A stretch of DNA of 24,000 nt from Gammaproteobacteria bacterium (GCA_025359565.1 JANYFY010000005.1:19746-43745); one strand, 5' to 3'; shown: positions 8,739 to 17,528, numbered from the stretch's first letter. The notes: generated by a model not told the origin, from the sequence alone. Translations and numbers: made by a program.

Positions 8739-10097
8739 GTGCAGAATAAACTGATCGTAAAACTAGCTACTATCGTTGGAGTTTCAATTGCGCTGCTAAT
8801 TCCACTGTTTCTTATAGGCGGCCAAATTTCAGTTCGGAGCGCGCATCAGAGCGAGGTATTACAGGAGATCTCCGCTTCGGCGGCCAGCGCTCAAATTCTT
8901 TTAGGCCCGCTTTGCGTAGTGCGTTATCACGAACTCATCGAGCACGTCGAAAAAGATTCGATCACTCATCAGGAGACAATACATCGCGAAAGTACCGAAG
9001 GCTACCTCGTGCTTCCACCCAAAACGCTGGATATCCGTGGGGAGGCGCGCGTCGAGACTCGAAGCCGCGGCATCTATCACGCACGCCTATATCATTCGGC
9101 GCTACAAATATCGGGTGAAGTGGTGATTAAGCCTGGTATCGATTTTGCTCCTCAGCGCAGGATTCTGGACGCACAAGCCTTTTTGGTGGTCGGCATATCC
9201 GACCTCCGAGGCATATCTAATGATCCTACGATTTCCCTCAACGGAGAAGAGCGGCATTTTAACACCGGAACCCTTGGCATCGGCCCACGATCGGGAGTGC
9301 AGCTGAGCTTAGGCCTCGTAGACATAGCAAAGGGTAATCACTTCTCGTTTGCCTTCCCACTGAATATTATGGGTTCGGATCGCCTCTCCATCGCGGCGGC
9401 GGGCGATCAGACCACCGTTGCACTCAAATCGGATTGGCCGCACCCAAGTTTTCAAGGTCGATTTCTACCTAACACGCGCAGCGTCAGCGAGCATGGCTTC
9501 GAAGCCCGGTGGCAAATTTCCGCGCTGGCACGCAGCTTTGAGCGAGTGATCGATAGCAATATCGGCGCGAACGGCGCGACAACCTCGGAAACGCTAGAAA
9601 TCGGCTTCCTTGAACCCGTCAATATCTACCTCATGTCCGCGCGCGCGGTGAATTATGGAATCCTTTTTGTTGTACTGATATTCGCTGCTTTCTTTTTAAC
9701 AGAGATACTGCGACGCCTGAGAATTCATCCTCTTCAGTACTTACTCGTAGGTCTTGCCCTTGCGATTTTTTTCTTATTGTTGACAGCCCTTTCCGAGCAT
9801 GTTTCCTTCGGACTGGCCTACGGCATTTCAGCCGGTGCTTGTGTCGCATTGATTGGGATCTATCTGGTCGGCGCGCTGGGCCAGCGCATCTTAGCGCGTT
9901 ACTTCACCGTCGGTATTGGTCTACTGTACGCTGTGCTGTACGGGGTATTATTGTCGGAAGATAACGCCCTGCTAATGGGATCGATCATTCTTTTCGCCGC
10001 GCTAGGACTGACCATGTTGGCCACTCGTAGGCTCGATTGGTACGGCGTCGAGATGTCTGCCAATGCTAATTCACAATCAGACTCATTGTCGGAATAA
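8739..10097 (+). CDS. creD: Inner-membrane protein CreD
   Basis: 452 aa. The GTG start is preceded by GGAG at 8729-8732. The N-terminal TM segment, a large periplasmic region with SDWPHPSFQGRFLPNTRSVSEHGFEARWQIS, and C-terminal multi-TM bundle are colinear with E. coli CreD as I recall it. Confidence 0.85.
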   Translation: MQNKLIVKLATIVGVSIALLIPLFLIGGQISVRSAHQSEVLQEISASAASAQILLGPLCVVRYHELIEHVEKDSITHQETIHRESTEGYLVLPPKTLDIRGEARVETRSRGIYHARLYHSALQISGEVVIKPGIDFAPQRRILDAQAFLVVGISDLRGISNDPTISLNGEERHFNTGTLGIGPRSGVQLSLGLVDIAKGNHFSFAFPLNIMGSDRLSIAAAGDQTTVALKSDWPHPSFQGRFLPNTRSVSEHGFEARWQISALARSFERVIDSNIGANGATTSETLEIGFLEPVNIYLMSARAVNYGILFVVLIFAAFFLTEILRRLRIHPLQYLLVGLALAIFFLLLTALSEHVSFGLAYGISAGACVALIGIYLVGALGQRILARYFTVGIGLLYAVLYGVLLSEDNALLMGSIILFAALGLTMLATRRLDWYGVEMSANANSQSDSLSE

Positions 10098-10460
10098 GAT
10101 CGGAATACCAATCATGCTTTCAGCACTATTTGACGGCTCACGCAGGTCACAGGACAACGCGACACGACTGTGGCACTTGAAGTACACTTTGAATGGACCT
10201 CCAACGCACTGCCACGAAACCCCTTGTTTTCAAGGTATTTCCTACCAAGGCAACAAATGGGACAGTCCGCGGCACGGTAAGTCGCGGTGACATGGGCGAG
10301 ACGGCGGAGACGATTGCGATTGCCGAGGCGTTCGCTGCGGCCGCACCCGCTATTTAGATTCAATCGAGAAGTGGCGGCAAGGCAATGGCTTTAACATTCC
10401 CGCCGAATTTATAATTGCCGCAGCGGTGCGCAACACTTAGTAGCAATGTGGCGTTCGCCG

Positions 10461-12422
10461 CTATGGCGCTGCGCGCTGCGCAATAATGGTTTTCCCGTCA
10501 ATTCGTCCGTTGAGCGATGCAATGGCGTTCGGCTTGCTGTCATCCCAAGTGATGGTCAACTCGCCAATCTGCGTAGCTTCGCGCAGCAAATCCAAAACCC
10601 CCACAATCGCACCAGTCTTTAAGTTCCAGGAAATTCGTCCTGACACGCTAAGATCTGTCGTCCAACGCGCCCGATCCAAGAAAATGTTATACCCGAGAGT
10701 GGTGGCAACATAGGTATATCCGCCCCCTCGCAAGGCGAGTGCAGTGTTGCCCAAGGCTACGGCAAAGCGGGCAACGGCATCGCCGGCTGTCTCGGCTGCC
10801 ACTGAGGCAAGTTGCAACTCACGCACTCCGCCGGTATTTCTCGTGAGGGGCTGTGCGGGATCTACGCCAGAACTCAACAGCGGAAAATTTGATACCGCAC
10901 GAATTGATCGTACCCGAGAGAGGCAGCGTGTGTCATCGACGTCTAAATCACGGTAAAAATGCCGCACTATTTTCGCAGCGCATTGCACAAGGTAACCGTC
11001 ATAATTCGAATACCCCAGCGCAGTAACGTGTCCCTGGTTCGGCACGATAATTTGAGTCGCGTTCGGAAATTGACGTGCCGTCTGGCGACCATCTTCAGGC
11101 GATGTTACCGAATCGAATTCACCATTCAGAATCAACGTGGGAACCGCGGGAAATTTTACGTTAGGCGGAATTGACTGAGCCTGCGGATAGGCAGGACTGG
11201 TCGCGGGCCAATCCAAACACAAAGCCAACGGATTAATGTTGGCGCTCGAACCGAGCGCTTCATCAATTGTAAAGGGAGCAAAAAGAGTGGGACGTTGGTT
11301 CTTAGTCAGCTCAATAGACTCATCCAACTGCCGCCGGCGTGTCGTCAGCGGCGCGGAAAGATCAAAAAGCAACGGATAGTCGCTGCACGAGACTGCCGTA
11401 AAAAGGCCGGCGCTGTAGGTGCCCGGATCAAAAATCGAGGAAGTATTATATTCAGCCGCGAGCCGCAAAAGCGGTAGTGCATCACCGGCGCGAAACCAAA
11501 CACGCGCAGCAGCATCGAGCTCACGGTACACCGTAGCGGCATACCCGCCATTCGAGATAAGCGCATAAAGCGTTGAGGGATCGAGAGTCACGGGTTGGAG
11601 TTGACCGTTGGCATCTGGAGCAATGCCGGTGATCGGATGCTGGCGCAGTGCTCTCACCAGCGCCGCGATTCGATCTGAGGGGCGTCCGCCCAGCTCATCG
11701 CATTCAGCCGTTCGTTCACAGGTCAGATCGATTCCCTGGATGGCAGTCGCATAGTCTGTCGGAAACCAAGGATCAGTGATGCGTACCGGATAGGTGCCAT
11801 CGAAGACTAGACTGCGCACGCGGTTCGGGTAGCGTGCAGCAAACACCTGTCCAAAGAAGGTGCCATAGCTATCGCCATAGAAATCGACCGCATCTACGTC
11901 AAGCGCATCCAGTACAGCGACCACATCGGCAGCCGCTAGAGCGGTACCGTATAGGTCCGCTGTGCGTCCTAGCTGTCGTCCGCAGGCTTTAAGTGAAGAC
12001 GGATCCGTCGAAGCAGCACCTTGCAGTGCGGGGCAGTCAATTGCTTCCGACACGCCCGTCCCCCGTTTATCGACAATCAGCACATCACGCCGGTTGCGCA
12101 TCGGGGCAAAGAGGGCCAAGTAATTGTCCCGCGTGCCCGTCGAGGAATAACCAGGTCCGCCTTCCTGAGGCAAAAAGGTCCCCAGAGCGGGCTTGGAACT
12201 GTCTCGCCGCGGGTACCACTCGAAGCCGATGTTGATGGACCCGGAGACGGCGCCGGTCGGGTCAAGCGGGCGATCGATCGAACCGCAATATCCCAACGGG
12301 TTGGAGTTGCACTTGACCAACGTCAGTTTGCCGACGCTGAGTGTTGCTGTCGGCTTGGCCAGAATCGGCGTGCTGACCGCAACCATCGTCAATACTAAGA
12401 CCCAATGCAAATAGTGCCTCAT
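10461..12422 (-). CDS. Secreted alpha/beta hydrolase (TAP-like / S33-type peptidase family) with extended C-terminal region
   Basis: Signal peptide MRHYLHWVLVLTMVAVSTPILA from ATG 12422; the ORF-track start at 12506 adds 28 implausible residues. The nucleophile elbow is YGDSYGTFFG and the catalytic His context is VPNQGHV. About 165 further residues follow the His. Confidence 0.75.
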   Translation of the reverse strand: MRHYLHWVLVLTMVAVSTPILAKPTATLSVGKLTLVKCNSNPLGYCGSIDRPLDPTGAVSGSINIGFEWYPRRDSSKPALGTFLPQEGGPGYSSTGTRDNYLALFAPMRNRRDVLIVDKRGTGVSEAIDCPALQGAASTDPSSLKACGRQLGRTADLYGTALAAADVVAVLDALDVDAVDFYGDSYGTFFGQVFAARYPNRVRSLVFDGTYPVRITDPWFPTDYATAIQGIDLTCERTAECDELGGRPSDRIAALVRALRQHPITGIAPDANGQLQPVTLDPSTLYALISNGGYAATVYRELDAAARVWFRAGDALPLLRLAAEYNTSSIFDPGTYSAGLFTAVSCSDYPLLFDLSAPLTTRRRQLDESIELTKNQRPTLFAPFTIDEALGSSANINPLALCLDWPATSPAYPQAQSIPPNVKFPAVPTLILNGEFDSVTSPEDGRQTARQFPNATQIIVPNQGHVTALGYSNYDGYLVQCAAKIVRHFYRDLDVDDTRCLSRVRSIRAVSNFPLLSSGVDPAQPLTRNTGGVRELQLASVAAETAGDAVARFAVALGNTALALRGGGYTYVATTLGYNIFLDRARWTTDLSVSGRISWNLKTGAIVGVLDLLREATQIGELTITWDDSKPNAIASLNGRIDGKTIIAQRAAP

Positions 12423-12532
12423 CGCATACTCCCCGCCGATTACGTTTCCCAGCGCCCATAACTCTATCCTAAAGCTGTGCCGTTGCGGTGCCGGGACATC
12501 GCCCACCGCCGACCGACCGCAATATCGAAGGG

Positions 12533-12585
12533 ATTTGCGGCCGTTGCACTGCGCAAACTAAAAATGTCACTGAGTGAGGTGCGCG
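12533..12585 (+). repeat. 53-bp copy of an internal vapC segment, located upstream of the vapB promoter
   Basis: ATTTGCGGCCGTTGCACTGCGCAAACTAAAAATGTCACTGAGTGAGGTGCGCG at 12533-12585 is identical to 12990-13042 inside vapC. The flanks on both sides are unrelated. Confidence 0.95.
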
Positions 12586-12598
12586 AACCCTTGGCAGT

Positions 12599-12623
12599 GA
12601 TATACTTAATAATTACGTATATC
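12599..12623 (+). promoter_or_regulatory. Candidate vapBC operator/promoter (7-bp inverted repeat GATATAC-N11-GTATATC in an AT-rich patch)
   Basis: Perfect arms at 12599-12605 and 12617-12623. It lies 16 bp upstream of the vapB GTG, and a GAGGGG Shine-Dalgarno sits at 12627-12632. Type II antitoxins usually autoregulate through palindromes of this kind. Confidence 0.4.
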
Positions 12624-12638
12624 TATGAGGGGCGCGCC

Positions 12639-12872
12639 GTGCAGGTTTCGAAATGGGGTAATAGCCTGGCGGTTCGCCTACCCGCAACAGTCGTAGAGGC
12701 GCTCGGGCTGAAAGAGGGCGATCAGATTGAGATTCAGGTAGCCGGCAAACAGTCGTTCGCAGTAGCTAAGGCGCCCGGTGTGCGTGAACTTTTGGCACGA
12801 CTCCGAAAGTTTCGTGGTCGATTGCCCAAGACGTTCAAATTTGATCGTCTCGAAGCTAATGAGCGCCGCTGA
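12639..12872 (+). CDS. vapB: AbrB/MazE/SpoVT-fold antitoxin VapB
   Basis: VQVSKWGNSLAVRLPATVVEALGLKEGDQIEIQV is a classic SpoVT/AbrB swapped-hairpin motif. The GTG start at 12639 has an SD. The 3' end overlaps vapC by 14 bp. Confidence 0.8.
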   Translation: MQVSKWGNSLAVRLPATVVEALGLKEGDQIEIQVAGKQSFAVAKAPGVRELLARLRKFRGRLPKTFKFDRLEANERR

Positions 12873-13269
12873 TACTTTCTTCGACACGAGTGTTCTTCTG
12901 TACCTGCTTTCAGCCGAAGCACCCAAAGCCGACCGAGTGGAACAACTATTGGCGGATCGCGGCACCATCAGCGTGCAGGTACTGAATGAATTTGCGGCCG
13001 TTGCACTGCGCAAACTAAAAATGTCACTGAGTGAGGTGCGCGCGATCCTCGACACCCTCCGCGCCGTGTGTAATGTAGAGCCCGTCACCGTGGCGACGCA
13101 CGATCGCGGACTCGCAATTCACGAGCGCTACGGTTTCTCGCTCTACGACTCAATGCTGGTCGCAGCAGCACTCATTGGCGGAACTACGGTACTCTATTCG
13201 GAAGATTTACAGCACGGACAGCTCGTTGACGGCCAGTTGCGCGTTACCAATCCATTTGTCAATCTTTGA
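12859..13269 (+). CDS. vapC: PIN-domain ribonuclease toxin VapC
   Basis: MSAADTFFDTSVLLYLL carries the first acidic PIN residue. It is followed by VQVLNEF, SLYDSMLVAAAL and VLYSEDLQHG, the conserved D/E/D pattern. 136 aa from ATG 12859; the ORF-track start at 12778 is upstream read-through. Confidence 0.85.
   Translation: MSAADTFFDTSVLLYLLSAEAPKADRVEQLLADRGTISVQVLNEFAAVALRKLKMSLSEVRAILDTLRAVCNVEPVTVATHDRGLAIHERYGFSLYDSMLVAAALIGGTTVLYSEDLQHGQLVDGQLRVTNPFVNL
12990..13042 (+). repeat. Second (in-gene) copy of the 53-bp repeat
   Basis: Identical to 12533-12585. It encodes FAAVALRKLKMSLSEVR within vapC. Confidence 0.95.
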
Positions 13270-13350
13270 ACGATCACAGAACGGCTGCTATCTAAACTGC
13301 AACCGCCACTGCGCGCGTCGCGAGGAATGGCGTAGCCTAGAGTCGTCGTT

Positions 13351-14832
13351 CTAGGAGCGGCGGCGCAGGCCGGCTGGGATGAATATAATGGCCAGCAATT
13401 CAAACATACCGTGCGCGGCCAATGCCATCAGCGCGGCGGGAATCGCGCCGGTGAGCACCGTGGGCACGTCGTTCAAGGCCAGTCCCGACACGATGAGAGC
13501 GCCATAACCCCCCGCGCCTACCAATGCCGCAAGCGTCGCCGTGCCGATACTGACGATGGTCGCCGTCTTGATGCCCGCCAATAGGGTTGGGCTTGCCAAT
13601 GGCAGCACCACTCGAACAAGAACCTGCCACCGATTTAATCCGAAGGCGCGCGCATTTTCCATATGAATGGGATTGATGGACCGAATGCCCGTGAAGGTGT
13701 TTAGCACCACCGGCAGCAAGCTGTACAGACACAGCGCGACCAAGGCCGGTTGAGTGCCGACGCCAAACACTGGAATAAGAAAGCACAACAGTGCCAGCGA
13801 AGGAACGGTCTGGATCAACGCGCTCGACAACAAGATCGCCTGCCCAGCCGCACGAAAGCGTACGGCTGCCACCCCTGATGGGATGCCAACTAGCACCGAA
13901 AACAGCAGCGACACGCCGACCAGCCATAGATGTTCGCGAGTGCGTCGCAGTACTTTATTCGTCAAACTCTCGCTCTTCGGCACATCGCTGCCGAGAAACT
14001 GTGCGGCAATCTTCTCGAAACTAAACTTTTGAATATCAGCCATCGCGTTCATATCCCGCATAGCCCTTTCGCTGATCTTGCCTTCGAGTCCGAGCAAAGT
14101 CTGCCATTCGCTGGCGTGTTTTTCGACGAACGATTGTCTGGCCACCCAGACTGCCTGGTATTGCGGAAAGTAGTTGTGATCGTCCCTGAGCAAGCGAAGA
14201 TTGAGTTTCTTGATTTTGGCATCTGTCGAATACACGTCGATCACATCAACCGCATTTTTCTCAATGGCCTGAAAACTTAAGGAATGCTCCATACGGTTGA
14301 CATTTTGCGGATTGAACGTCAGATGATAGTTTCCCATCATGCCCGCAAATCCGTCCTGCCGGCCCATAAATTCGTAGCTGAATGCCGCCTTGAGGGTGGA
14401 TTCGATGGCAATTAAATCGCCGATGGACTGCAAACCATGCTTTTGCGCGAACTCATCCCTCACCGCCAGAGCATAAGTGTCGTTAAAGCCCAGTGATCCG
14501 GAAATCGTCAGCCCCAGGGGCGACAGCGCCTGACGAATCTCATCCAGCGATTTTAAGTTAGGCTGTTTGAGTATCGCTTCAGCAAGGGTCCCGGAGTAAT
14601 CCGGATACACATCGATGGCGCCGCTTTTCAGGGCCTCAAATAAAATTCCCGTGCTGCCCATGCCGAGTTTGCGGCTTACCGAAACGTGGGTGGCTTCCAG
14701 GGTCTGCGCCGCAATCTCGCCCAATATATAACCTTCAGTGAAAATCTTGCCGCCGACTACAATGTTGGCCGCCCCAGAGCTCATGGGAAACAGCCCGAAC
14801 AGTAGCAAGACTGTGCATGCCCAGGGCCTCAA
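13351..14832 (-). CDS. ABC transporter fused substrate-binding/permease protein (glycine betaine/choline/osmoprotectant type)
   Basis: The N-terminal signal peptide and OpuAC/ProX-like binding domain (GSTGILFEALKSGAIDVYPDYSGT) are fused to a multi-TM permease. The permease carries the EAA loop (ENARAFGLNRWQVLVRVVLPLA). The TTG start overlaps the stop of the ATPase gene. Confidence 0.8.
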   Translation of the reverse strand: MRPWACTVLLLFGLFPMSSGAANIVVGGKIFTEGYILGEIAAQTLEATHVSVSRKLGMGSTGILFEALKSGAIDVYPDYSGTLAEAILKQPNLKSLDEIRQALSPLGLTISGSLGFNDTYALAVRDEFAQKHGLQSIGDLIAIESTLKAAFSYEFMGRQDGFAGMMGNYHLTFNPQNVNRMEHSLSFQAIEKNAVDVIDVYSTDAKIKKLNLRLLRDDHNYFPQYQAVWVARQSFVEKHASEWQTLLGLEGKISERAMRDMNAMADIQKFSFEKIAAQFLGSDVPKSESLTNKVLRRTREHLWLVGVSLLFSVLVGIPSGVAAVRFRAAGQAILLSSALIQTVPSLALLCFLIPVFGVGTQPALVALCLYSLLPVVLNTFTGIRSINPIHMENARAFGLNRWQVLVRVVLPLASPTLLAGIKTATIVSIGTATLAALVGAGGYGALIVSGLALNDVPTVLTGAIPAALMALAAHGMFELLAIIFIPAGLRRRS

Positions 14833-15575
14833 TGGAACTCGCTCGCGTCTGGCAGGGTGCGCTGCGCATTGATAAACTCCGTGACAAACGGACTGGCAGG
14901 ATTTAGCAGCAGATCGCGGTAAGTACCGGTCTGCATTATTCGCCCACCGTGCAGCATGGTGATGTGTTCAGCCAGATATACCGCCTCGCCGAGATCGTGG
15001 GTGACCAATAGCACCGTCTTATCGAGACGCTTAAAAATGGATTTTAGTTCCTGCTGTAAACTGCGGCGGATCAGTGGATCTAATGCGGCCATGGGTTCAT
15101 CGAGCAACATCACGTCGGGATTCATCATCGCTGCACGCATGATCGATACACGCTGTTTCTGCCCACCGCTCATTTCATAGGGAAAACGCGCCAGAATCTC
15201 CTCGCCTAAGTCCACCAGCGTGCGCAGCTGCTCGACACGATCCTCGATCCGGGTGCGCTTCCAGCCCCGCAATTTTGCGATCAACGCGACATTGTTTTTG
15301 CCGCTAAGATGCGGAAAAAGACCACCATCTTGAGGAACATATCCGATGCGATCGGCCCATTCGATTTGTGTGAACGACAAGAGGGCTTGGTCATTGATCT
15401 TGACGTACCCCTTGTCGAAGGGAATCAAACCAAGGGTAATCCGCAGGAGCGTGGTTTTGCCCGACCCGCTTGAACCAATCAAGGCATGCGTGGCGCCCTT
15501 CGGAACCACGAGATTCACGTCGCAGAGGACCGCTCTATCCTCGAAGGTCTTAAAAATGTGCTGCAGTTCGAGCAT
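14829..15575 (-). CDS. ABC transporter ATP-binding protein
   Basis: Walker A GSSGSGKTT, Q-loop YVPQDGG, signature MSGGQKQRV, Walker B MLLDEP and H-loop VTHDL. I prefer ATG 15575 (MLELQHIFKTF) over the ORF-track TTG at 15650. Confidence 0.85.
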   Translation of the reverse strand: MLELQHIFKTFEDRAVLCDVNLVVPKGATHALIGSSGSGKTTLLRITLGLIPFDKGYVKINDQALLSFTQIEWADRIGYVPQDGGLFPHLSGKNNVALIAKLRGWKRTRIEDRVEQLRTLVDLGEEILARFPYEMSGGQKQRVSIMRAAMMNPDVMLLDEPMAALDPLIRRSLQQELKSIFKRLDKTVLLVTHDLGEAVYLAEHITMLHGGRIMQTGTYRDLLLNPASPFVTEFINAQRTLPDASEFH

Positions 15576-15615
15576 GTCGGAGACTCTTAGCGTGTTCGCA
15601 TTGTGCGCCGATGAT

Positions 15616-15637
15616 CGCGATTTCGCCAGAAATCGCG
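15616..15637. promoter_or_regulatory. Perfect 8-bp inverted repeat CGCGATTT-N6-AAATCGCG in the ABC-operon leader
   Basis: Arms at 15616-15623 and 15630-15637, 41 bp upstream of the ATPase ATG. It could be an operator or an RNA hairpin. The function is not determinable from sequence. Confidence 0.25.
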
Positions 15638-15687
15638 GAAACGCCGTCAACCGCTGCTTATCGGCGCCTTTCCCGCTAGCACAGCCT

Positions 15688-16788
15688 TTACCATCCGATC
15701 AAGCGCCTCCATATTAGGCGGATCGCCGCCAGGTCGATCTGGCCGACGGTATGCAGTGTCAGTTGGAAGTTGGGGAGCCAGCCAGTGGTGTGCGGCTGCT
15801 TGGGCTGCTGGCGCCAGAGCTGCTCGCTCACTCCGGCGATGATCCCCCCGAATCTCGTCTCGATGTAACCCATTTCGCACAATCGATCAAAGCTGATCGT
15901 GTCCGCGGCGTACGCGTTGTCCTTCGCGATCACGACGACGAACGGGTCCGTGAATAGCTTCGCGGAGCACAGGAATTCGCCGATCATACATACCGCAGCG
16001 AGGCGAGCCTCGCCGCTCCGGATACCTCGCGGCAACCCATGGCGAAATTGACCGCGCCGCATGATGCAGTTTGCCGAACAATTCCTCGACAGTGGGATTG
16101 CGTCGCCGCTGACTACACAATTGAACTGGTCGCACGTCGTTGAGGTACGTCCGATCTCACTCTTATCTAGTATGCCCAAGCTCGCCAGCCGCCCCTGATT
16201 TGCAAGCAGCCGTTTGCGGCGATTCTCGATGGCCTCAGTTGCGGAGTGTGCAAGTGAGCCGTTGAAGGCATCTAAGTCTCCACGGACCCAGATAAGCTGC
16301 TGCTCGATCGCCTGGAGTGCGCGTTCTATTTCTGGCTTCAAATCCCGAGCCGCATCGTGGGGTGTATCCCAGGACAGAATCAAAGACTGATTTTCGATGA
16401 CGCCGCGCGGAAACACTGAAGTAAACATGCTGGGTCGGCAATAGAATAACTCGCTGTCGCCGTCGAACGGGACCACCCGAATGCGTTGACCCGGTATGTA
16501 ATAAGGCCCTCGGTGTACTTCCAAGAAAAATCGCTCTCTGTCCCTACTGACCTCGATGCGGCATTCGGATTCGTCTACGGTCCATGGGTCGCGCCGAAGA
16601 TCGATAGGATTGATCCGGTATTTGTCGACGAGGTACGCCGCAAGATCAGCCGGTGCCGTATTGAGCAAGCGGTTGGGTTCCAAATTATCGACTTCGCGTT
16701 GTAGCGCTGCACGCGCCCCTTCGATGACTTCGCGCAATTCTCGGCTCGCGAACAGGTATCCGTCACCCTTGGCCGCTAAACGAAACAT
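15688..16788 (-). CDS. Hypothetical 366-aa protein (unplaced N-terminal domain, coiled helix, CX4C-X12-CX3C motif, unplaced C-terminal domain); distal gene of the four-ORF cassette
   Basis: ATG 16788 is preceded by GAGGGG 7 nt upstream and lies 12 nt after the previous stop. The long uninterrupted ORF has a protein-like composition. Cys219/224/237/241 form a zinc-ribbon-like spacing. I recognise no catalytic motif. Confidence 0.6.
   Translation of the reverse strand: MFRLAAKGDGYLFASRELREVIEGARAALQREVDNLEPNRLLNTAPADLAAYLVDKYRINPIDLRRDPWTVDESECRIEVSRDRERFFLEVHRGPYYIPGQRIRVVPFDGDSELFYCRPSMFTSVFPRGVIENQSLILSWDTPHDAARDLKPEIERALQAIEQQLIWVRGDLDAFNGSLAHSATEAIENRRKRLLANQGRLASLGILDKSEIGRTSTTCDQFNCVVSGDAIPLSRNCSANCIMRRGQFRHGLPRGIRSGEARLAAVCMIGEFLCSAKLFTDPFVVVIAKDNAYAADTISFDRLCEMGYIETRFGGIIAGVSEQLWRQQPKQPHTTGWLPNFQLTLHTVGQIDLAAIRLIWRRLIGW
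16096..16119. repeat. 24-bp direct repeat, copy 1 (GATTGCGTCGCCGCTGACTACACA)
   Basis: It matches 20820-20843 at 23 of 24 positions (C/T at 16101/20825). It lies inside codons 224-231 (CVVSGDAI) of the 366-aa ORF. The flanking sequence is unrelated. Confidence 0.9.
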
Positions 16789-16800
16789 GTCGCCCCTCGA

Positions 16801-17076
16801 CTATTCACGCAGCGTGACCCTCACGCGCTCGGGTACCATGTCTCGGATAAGGTATAAGCCGGGCTCTTGAGCACCCGATACACTTGCGCCTGGCGAAACT
16901 TCCAACACGACGTGCCGCGGCCCGGTGTATGAGGCCAGGCGGCTTGTCTCACCGATCTGCGGCAAGCGGGTGCCCAAGTACTCGAGATGATGGCCTGCAA
17001 TGAGCTTATTAGCTTGCGCCTCGTCAGCGTGTATGACTTTCGTCAACGGTGCTTCATGCACCCCGGAGCGCACCAA
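16801..17076 (-). CDS. Hypothetical 91-aa protein
   Basis: TTG/GTG start with no clear SD. Third-position GC is enriched by eye (about two thirds). The frame is actually open upstream to 17215 and overlaps the end of the 137-aa ORF. It is in the same frame as the 366-aa ORF, separated by TAG plus 4 codons. Confidence 0.4.
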   Translation of the reverse strand: MVRSGVHEAPLTKVIHADEAQANKLIAGHHLEYLGTRLPQIGETSRLASYTGPRHVVLEVSPGASVSGAQEPGLYLIRDMVPERVRVTLRE

Positions 17077-17102
17077 CAGTATCCGGACGCGTGGTCGACG
17101 CT

Positions 17103-17516
17103 CTACATAGCTACGAGCAACCGCCGAAATAAGTGAGGATGGCGGCGGTGAGTAACCGAGCCCGTCAACTCCGACAAGATTACGTTGAACAGCCGATAAG
17201 TTGTCGCTTGACCTTCAGCCGCGTGCTGAGCTAGTGCGTCGATCTGATCCGCAAGCCCCTGAATCATTCGCTGACGCTCGATTCGCCCAGCCGGACCGAG
17301 TAAGCCATCTCTGCGGCTGTAGACGCTCAAGGAACATCCTCCGTTCTGCTGCTTGTAGAAACTGACATGAATCCGACCAAGAGTTGCTTCGGATTCAGGA
17401 ATGCACACAGCCCAAGGAAGCTGGGGGCCTGCGCGAGCCTCGACTCGACGCAGGATGTCGTCGAGATTGATAGCTTCTTTCCGGTGGGTCGCAATTCGCT
17501 CCGCATCATCTTCCAC
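17103..17516 (-). CDS. Hypothetical 137-aa protein
   Basis: GTG start with no SD, in frame with the upstream HTH ORF across a single TGA plus 7 codons. The predicted layout is helix, beta-rich core, helix. I recognise no family. Confidence 0.45.
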   Translation of the reverse strand: MEDDAERIATHRKEAINLDDILRRVEARAGPQLPWAVCIPESEATLGRIHVSFYKQQNGGCSLSVYSRRDGLLGPAGRIERQRMIQGLADQIDALAQHAAEGQATTYRLFNVILSELTGSVTHRRHPHLFRRLLVAM

Positions 17517-17528
17517 GATGGAAACGCT

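Noticed and set aside
10284-10349. 21-codon ORF MGETAETIAIAEAFAAAAPAI, resembling the GEA-x-x-IA PIN motif seen at 18893-18930, and a nearby GGTAAGTCGCGG resembling the IS66 end
   Set aside because: Both are too short and too degenerate to call: an 8-12 nt match and a 10-residue motif. They could be an old remnant, but sequence alone does not support that.
12477-12872. 131-aa ORF suggesting a long N-terminal extension of VapB
   Set aside because: The extra 54 codons are the intergenic region, including the 53-bp vapC-fragment copy that happens to be in frame. The AbrB-fold domain begins at GTG 12639, which has its own SD.
15576-15650. TTG start at 15650 giving a 25-residue N-terminal extension on the ABC ATPase
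   Set aside because: The extension (MTAFPRFLAKSRSSAHNANTLRVSD) is not ABC-like. ATG 15575 places the Walker A motif at the usual distance.
16041-16095. Extension of the 24-bp repeat into longer homology (e.g. GCCGAACAATT vs GCACAATTG near the two copies)
   Set aside because: The matches are about 60% over about 19 nt and lie at different offsets from the repeat cores, so they are not colinear. I treat them as chance.
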